NCBI RefSeq assembly: GCF_009914755.1
Contig: NC_060926.1
Source: the human T2T-CHM13v2.0 reference genome, Homo sapiens
Reading direction: 5' to 3' (one strand)
DNA length: 64,000 nt
In this document: positions 51,436-64,000 of the stretch, piece by piece
How the letters are laid out: each line of letters begins with the position of its first letter
Position numbering within the stretch: the stretch's first letter is position 1
Translations under genes and position numbers: made by a program
The notes under the pieces: generated by a model
Told to the model about the DNA's origin: nothing
Databases searched by the model: none
What the model saw: the letters and a program-made list of their open reading frames with translations, nothing else

Positions 51436-51860
51436 GTGTATTAGTAAAGACTCCTATGTAGAGAGAAACAACCTCAACTCAAACCAGTCAAGAGAAAAGA
51501 GGAAGTAATGGTTCAATAATTGGGAAGCCCCAGGTTGGTTCTGACTTCATGCATGACTGGATCCAGTGGCTCAACACACGTTACCAGGGCCTGGTTCCCT
51601 CCCCAGCTCTTGGCTCTGTTGACTGCCCTGTAACATCCCTCTCAGGCAAGATGACCACGAGTACTGTTGGTCCTTAGTAACTCCAATTTAGCAACCTCAG
51701 TGAAGAGAGAAATTCTCTCTCAATTATCTACTTAGTGGTCTCCAGGAAGATCCTGTTTGGCCTTGATTTGGTTGTGTGCCCTCCCTCCATGAATCACTGT
51801 GGACTGTGAAAAGGAGTAGTTTGTTTGGCTGTGTCATCCTGGCTTACGTGTCTGTTCCTG
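51436..51860 (-). mobile_element. Old MaLR LTR (MLT1J/K-like); holds the donor of the 52380 insert
   Basis: TGTGTATTAGT..AACCTCAACTCAAAC..CTGACTTCA.GCATGACTGGATCCAG.GGCTCAA. Confidence 0.6.
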
Positions 51861-52221
51861 GGGTGAGAGTGGGGGAGATGAGTATATACGAGCATCATGA
51901 TTGACAGCTTCACAGGCCACCTGGAAAAAGAAGGCGTTACCCAAAGGAACCAGAAGAATAGATTGCAGGAATAGTGGGAGATAGGGGCTTTACCTCCCAC
52001 AGGCCCCGCTGCCCATTTGGAGATAGGAGGCAGGGTCAGCTGCTCTCTCAGTGACCTGGACTCCTGCTTGCTTTCTCTTGCCCTTCGTACTTTTCCCATG
52101 TAGACCAGAGTCCACTAACCCTCAGATTTCAAGCCACCAATCAGCAGGCTGCAAAGGATCTTGAATTTAGAAGATTTTGCTGGCCCGGAAATACATAGTG
52201 ATGGAGCTTTGAAAGACAATG

Positions 52222-52607
52222 GGCCGGGCATAGTGGCTTAGGCCACCCATCAATTTGGGGGGCCAAGGCGGGCAGATCACTTGAGGCCAGGAGTTCGAGA
52301 CCAGCCTGGCTAGCACAGCAAAACCCCATCTCTACTAAAGATACAAAAATTAAGCAGGTTTGGTGGCGCATGCCTGTAATCCCCAGCTCTTGGCTCTGTT
52401 GACTGCCCTGTAACATCCCTCTCAGGCAAGATGACCACGAGTACTGTTGGTCCTTAGTATCTCCAATTTAGCAACCTCAGGAGGCTGAGGCACGAGAATT
52501 ACTTGAACCCGAGATGGAGGTTGCAGTGAGCTGAGATTGCGCCACTGAACTCCAACCTGAACAACAGAGTGAAACTCTGTCCCAAAAAAAAAGAAGAAGA
52601 AAGAAAA
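52222..52607 (+). mobile_element. AluS interrupted by a templated insert
   Basis: TGTAATCCCCAGCT | insert | CTCAGGAGGCTGAGG. Confidence 0.92.
52380..52480 (+). repeat. Templated direct duplication of 51600-51700
   Basis: 100/101 identical (A51680 vs T52460), offset 780 bp. Confidence 0.97.
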
Positions 52608-52710
52608 AAACTGGCCTCACTCTGGAAAGAATGCTTGTAGAATTTGCCAGCTCTGGTCAAGGACCTACAAGCTGTTGTAACCTTCCTGTTTTTCATGCAT
52701 TTAAAAAATT

Positions 52711-53005
52711 AGCTGGGCATAGTGGCTCGTGCCTGTAACCCCAGCACTTTGGGAGGCTAAGGCAGAAGGATCGCTTGAGGTCAGGAGTTCAAGACCAGAC
52801 TGGGCAACATAGGGAAATCCCATCTCTATAATTTTTTTTTTTTTTATTAACCAGGCATGGTGGAGTGGGCCTGTAATCCTAGCTGCCCAGGAGACTGAGG
52901 CGGGAGTATTTCTCAAGCCCAGGGATTCAAGGCTACAGTGAGCTATGATTGCATCACTACACTGCAGCCTGGGCTTCAGAGTAAGCCTCTGTCTCTAAAA
53001 AAAAA
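52711..53005 (+). mobile_element. AluJ
   Basis: Alu consensus. Confidence 0.88.
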
Positions 53006-53211
53006 GAATAGAAAAAATTTTTAAGGTATAATTTACATACCGTAAAATTCACCCTTTTTAGTGTATAGCATTGTGAGTTTTGACTATAGTCATCCACCGC
53101 AGTCAAGATGTAAATCAGTTCCCTCAGCCACAGTTCCCTGGGCCCAGTTATAGCCAAACTTTCCCCAGGCCCTGTCCCTGGCAACTACTGATCTGTTTTC
53201 TATCCCCATAG

Positions 53212-53610
<399 letters not shown>

Positions 53611-54373
53611 TGAAGGTTTTGAGTTTAGCTTCTTTCATTTAGCATAAGACAATTGATACATGTCCATGATGCTCTATACATCAATAGTCATTCCTTTTTA
53701 TTGCTAAATAACACTTCACTGATGGATGTACCACATATTAGTTATGCTCTGATTTAGGTACATCTGGGTTTTTTCCAATTTTTTTCATTTATGAATAAAG
53801 CTGCTATAAACATAGATTTTCTCTTTTAAAAAATTGTTTTGGGGACAGGGACTGGTCTCACTATGTTGCTCAGGCTGATCCGAAACTCCTGGACTCAAGC
53901 AATTCTCCCACCTCAGCCTCCTGAGTAGTTGGGACTACAGGTACACACCAGCATCCCCAGCTATAAATTTTCATTTCTCTTGGGTAAATACCTAGGAGTG
54001 GGATTTCTGGGTTTTATGATAAATGTTGAAATTTATATGAAACTGCCAAATTGTTTCCCAAAGAGACTATATTATTCTGTATGGCTACTACATTATATGA
54101 GCATTCCAGTCACTGTGCATTCTTGCCAGAACTTGGGTTTGTTGGTTTTTTTTTTTTTAAGCTATTCTAATAGATGTGTAGTGGTATTACACTTTGGTTT
54201 TAATTTGCATTTCCCTAATGACTAATCATGTTTAACATTTTAGCAGCCGGGTGCAGTGGCTTATGCCTGTAATCCTAGCACTTTAGGAGGTTAAGCCAGA
54301 TGGATCACTTAAGCCCAAAAATTTAAGACCAGCTTGGGCAACATAGTGAGACCCCATCTCTCAAAAAAAATTA

Positions 54374-54487
<114 letters not shown>

Positions 54488-54655
54488 CTACACTCCAGCC
54501 TGGAAAACAGAGTGAGACCCTGTCTCAAGAAAAGAAAAAAATATTTTTTGCATGTATTTATTTGCCATCCATATATCATCTTTGTGGAAGTGTCCATTCA
54601 AATACATTTTTTTTTTCAGACAGGTTTTCACTCTGTTGCCCAGGCTGAGTGCAGT

Positions 54656-55718
54656 GGGGGCGATTACCAGGTTGTTACTGGAAAGGGGTCCCAATCCAGG
54701 CCCTAAGACGATGTTCTTGGATCTCGCACAATAAAGAATTTGAGGTGAATCCATAAAGTGAAAGCAAGTTTATTCAGAAAGTAAAGGAATAAAAGAATGG
54801 CTACTCCAGAGGCAGAGCAGCCCCAAGGGCTGCTGGTTGCCCATTTTTATGGTTATTTCTCGATTACATGCTAAATAAGTGGTGGATTATTCATGCCTCC
54901 CCTTTTTGGACCATATAGGGTAGCTTTCTGACGTTGCCATGACATTTGTAAACTGTCATGGCGCTGGTGGGAGTGTAGCAGTGAGAAAGACCAGAGATCA
55001 CTCTTGTAGCCTTCTTGGTTTTGGTGGGTTTTAGCCAGCTTCTTTACTGCGACCTGTTTTAGCAGCAAGGTCTTTATCACCTGTATCTTGTGCTGATCTC
55101 CTATCTTATCCTGTGACTTAGAATGCCTTAACTTCCTGGGAATGCAGCCCAGCAGGTCTCAACCTTATTTTACCCAGCCCCTATTCAAGATGGAGTTGTT
55201 CCGGTCCAAACACCTCTGACGAGGTGAGGTCAGAGCCCTGGCATCAGAAAGTGGTTGACTTGCAGGTTGGTAAGAAGAATCTACTGACAGCAGAATAGAT
55301 TTGAAAAGTCAAGTTTTATTAGATAGAAAGTACACTGCAGAAAAGTGCAGCCAGGCGCATCATTAAGAGAACTGAGCACGCCATGGTGGATTTTCCTTAG
55401 GGATATTTATGGACCTTAAAGCGAGAGTTTAAGGGTACTTCAGACCATATTAGTGCACATAGGTCATGATTATTGATTACATTTGCAGACATTTTGGTGT
55501 CTTAATGTCAGCAAGGGTTGCACAATGAGTTTCAACATGCATGCATTCTGGAGATGTATAGAAATTCTAGTTATTTATAAATTTTGGGGAAAGAGGCCTG
55601 GAACCAGATGCTGACTTTAGGTAACAGGGAAGGCTAATTACTTCTAAATTCCTCAGATAAGGAGTTTTGTCTCTGGATGGCCTGCTTGATGGTAACCAGG
55701 TGATCTTTGTTCTTCTGA
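54656..55718 (-). mobile_element. ERV1 LTR (MER84/LTR15-like) inserted into an AluJ (54606-55938 -)
   Basis: Reverse start ..AGAACAAAGATCACCTGGTTACCATCAAGCAGGCCATCC; Alu resumes GTGATCACAGCTCACTG. Confidence 0.7.
54673..55221 (-). mobile_element. MER41 solo LTR (MER41A length, about 549 bp)
   Basis: Reverse start GTCAGAGGTGTTTGGACCGGAACAACTCCATCTTGAATAGGGGCTGGG; TSD AGGT (54669-54672, 55222-55225). Confidence 0.88.
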
Positions 55719-56432
55719 GTGATCACAGCTCACTGTAGCCTTGACTTCCCTGGCTCAAACGATCCTCCCCACTCAGCCTTCTGAGTAGCTGGAACGACAG
55801 GCATGTGCCACCATATTTTTTGTGGAGACGGGATGTCGCCATGTTGCCCAAGCTGGTCTTGAATTCCTGGGCTCAAGCAATCTGCCTGCCTTGGCCTCCC
55901 AAAATGTTAATATTATAGGTATGAGCCACTGTGTCTGGCTCATTTCTCATCTTTTAAAGTAGGGTTGACTTTTTATTATTGAGTTTTCTGAGTTCTCTAC
56001 ATATTCTGGATTCAAGTCCTTTATCAGATATAAGTTTTGCAAAAAAAAAAAAAAGCGTCTCTCCATTTGTGGCTTTTCTTTTTGTTCTTTCAACAGTGTC
56101 TTTTGAAGAGAAGTTCTTCAAGTTCTTTTGAAGAGAAGTCCAAGTTATTGATTTTTTCTTTTACGAGCTGTACTTTTGGTGTCATATCTAAGAAATCGTG
56201 GCCTAACCCAAGCTCACAAATGTTTTATCCTAGAAGTTTTACAGTTTTAGGTTTTACATTTATGTCTATGATCCATTTTGAATTAATTTTTATGGGGTGT
56301 GAAGTATAGATTGAGATTCATTTTTTTGCACCTGGATGTCTAATTGTTCCATCTCCATTCCTTAAATACACTGTACTTTTCCCATTGAATTATTTTTGTC
56401 TGTTTGTCAAAAATCAGTTGACCATATACGTA

Positions 56433-57339
<907 letters not shown>

Positions 57340-57519
57340 TGCATGGATCTATTTCTGGGCTCTTTATTCTATTCCATTAATCTGTATGTCTCTCCTTTCT
57401 CCAATATCACACTGTGTTGACTACTGTATCTTTACGTAAAATGTAGAAAGTAGAGTGGGTTCAACAACATTATTCTTCTTTTTCAAAATTGTTTTAACTA
57501 TTCTAGTTCTTTTGCCTTT

Positions 57520-58289
<770 letters not shown>

Positions 58290-58303
58290 CAATATATATT
58301 TTA

Positions 58304-59405
<1,102 letters not shown>

Positions 59406-59532
59406 CAATCTATATTTTAGAATCAGCATACCGACTCCATTTTTCTGTAAGGGACCACAGGCTTACAGGGGCTCCCTGATTAGAATCCACACCAGTGTTC
59501 ACGATTTATCCAGAGGTAGTTCTAGTATAGGG

Positions 59533-60611
59533 TGAAGGAAATCAAAATATTTTACCCCAAAATATATTTCTTTGACATATTTTGAAATGGTTGCTTCAGG
59601 GCCAGCAAACAGACAGGTCCTTGCAAAGCTATTTTTTTCTGGGGAAAATTTGCATCTGTAGAGAATCTCTACTAATGCAGCCAGGCCTTCCTTTTCTACA
59701 AATTTTCCATATCTAAGAGAGATTAACTGAGTCTGACACCTTGAAAGGTCTGAAAAAAGACCTTCGCCATATGTTCATTGCGGCACTATTCACAATAGCA
59801 AAGACATGGAATCAACCCAAACGCCCATCAGTGACAGACTGGATAAAGAAAATGTGGTACATATACACCATGGAATACTATGCAACCACAAAAAAAACAA
59901 GATCATGTCCTTTGCAGGGACATAGATGGAGCTGGAAGCCATTATCCTCAGCAAATTCTTGCAGGAACTGAAAACCAAACACCATATGTTCTCACTTATA
60001 AGTGGGAGCTGAACAGTGAGAACACATGGACACAGGGAGGGGAACAACACACTCTGGGGTCTGTCAAGAGGTGGTGTTGGGATAGGGAGAGCATTAGGAA
60101 AAATAGCTAATGCATGCTGAGCTGAGTAGCTATGTGATGGGTTGATCTGTGCAGCAAACCACGATGGCACACATTTACCTATGTAACAAACCTGCACATC
60201 CGGCACATGCATCCTGAAACTTAAAATAAAAATAAAAATTTAAATTAAAAAAAAAAAGGCTTTTACCATCTATCTTCTCTGAGGACTGCTACCTATGAGG
60301 CCTCATCTATATAACAAAGCCATCTTTGCAAGCCAGGCCTCTTTCTTTCTCCCTTTCACACCATGTCTTGCTACTAAACATGATTTACCAACGTAAACTG
60401 TTTGGGGCCATACTCTTAGCCTGCATTCTTTTTGTAACCTCAAGATGGTATATAAGTTTCTATATCTTATTGTTGGGTTGAGTCTTCATTCCAAAGGCTC
60501 CCATGTAAATACATTAAATAAATTTATATGTCTTTCCTTCTATTAATAAATTTGCCTCATGTCAGTAGTTTTTCAGTGAACTTTTAGGGGCCAATGGTCA
60601 TGACCCCCACA
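59533..60611 (+). mobile_element. LTR49/MER39-like solo LTR split by L1PA
   Basis: TGAAGGAAATCAAAATATTTTACCCCAAAATATATTTC start; ends GACCCCCACA. Confidence 0.75.
59771..60258 (+). mobile_element. 5'-truncated L1PA (ORF2 C-terminus, 3'UTR, A-tail)
   Basis: MFIAALFTIAKTWNQPK.PS..DWIKKMWYIYTMEYYA; degenerate TSD AAAAAAG.C.TT..CCAT. Confidence 0.93.
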
Positions 60612-60614
60612 AGG

Positions 60615-60850
60615 GTGATGGGCAAGTGCACGATTCTAGAACCGGACTGCTCAGTCTCAAATCCTAGCTCTAATTCTTACTAAAACTTGGGAAAGTTACC
60701 TGACATCCTTGTGCCTCAATTTCCTGTTCTGTAAAATGGAGAAAATGTAATACCTATTTCATAGGATCTTTGTGAGGACTGCAGTAACGCATGAAAAACA
60801 GAACAGAGCCTGGCATGTAGTAAGCCCTTGATAAGTGTCAACTATTATTT
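60615..60850 (+). mobile_element. MIR
   Basis: AAATCCTAGCTCT..TTGGGAAAGTTAC..TGTGCCTCAATTTCCT..CTGTAAAATGG core. Confidence 0.8.
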
Positions 60851-61013
60851 GCCTTATCTTTACCTATCTCAGTTTTTGTCCTTCTCTTCTTACCCCTGAT
60901 AAGTCTGCAACTGTTAAATGGCTGATTTTTCTTTTGAAGACACTTCTTAGGCTTTTAAGTCATTTAATAGTCAGCTTACCACATTGCCATGGCCCTCCTG
61001 GAAGATCCATATA

Positions 61014-63684
<2,671 letters not shown>

Positions 63685-64000
63685 TATAGATTTTTTTTTC
63701 GCCTTAGTTATTCATTCTCAATAATTACATATTACAGAAAATCTGCTTTGTGAGTTATACAATTTGGCTGGTAGTGAAAGGTGACCAGCTGAGTTCTGAT
63801 TACCGTGTCCCACACCACCACACTAAAGGCCAGGGTACATGTATGACCCCAGAATTGTCTGACAAGCAAGGCCTGTGCTTCTCCTCTTGGATTCATTCCA
63901 TTCTTCCTCCATTCGCTTGGGATATCCCCAATGGAGGGGACTTGATCTGTCTGGTTTCATCAGGAAATCCTCAATATTGGAAACTCCTTCTTTCATAGGA

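Noticed and set aside
55133-55142. TTCCTGGGAA in MER41 as an interferon-gamma STAT1 enhancer
   Set aside because: Spacing is TTC-N4-GAA rather than the N3 GAS motif, and the element has MER41A length, without the tandem GAS segment of MER41B.

Overview
Primate, almost certainly human, euchromatic DNA that is extremely Alu- and LTR-rich. I can support no spliced protein-coding exon, tRNA, rRNA or CRISPR array. There are three processed retrocopies: a full-length RPL18A copy with an intact ORF (17657-18282, -), a dead NME2 copy (32415-33168, +) and a dead, Alu-split RBIS/C8orf59 copy (58304-59081, -) that the ORF track misses. From memory, an RPL18A plus NME2 pseudogene pair about 15 kb apart fits chr2p16-21 between MSH2/KCNK12 and MSH6; this is unverified. 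Other elements: a degenerate ERV1 provirus with a tRNA-Ser(CGA)-like PBS whose 5' LTR holds a nested stack of LTR8, LTR8, LTR6 and LTR7; solo LTR7C, LTR13 and MER41; a 5'-truncated SVA; a near full-length Tigger transposon; and roughly 70 Alus. The most unusual signal is three 100-165 bp templated insertions copied from 0.8-2 kb away into an AluJ, the NME2 retrocopy and an AluS. They have junction microhomology and no TSD or poly(A), and they sit among smaller repair-like scars. Repeat family names were assigned by eye from remembered consensus sequences. Coordinates are approximate unless a TSD is given.
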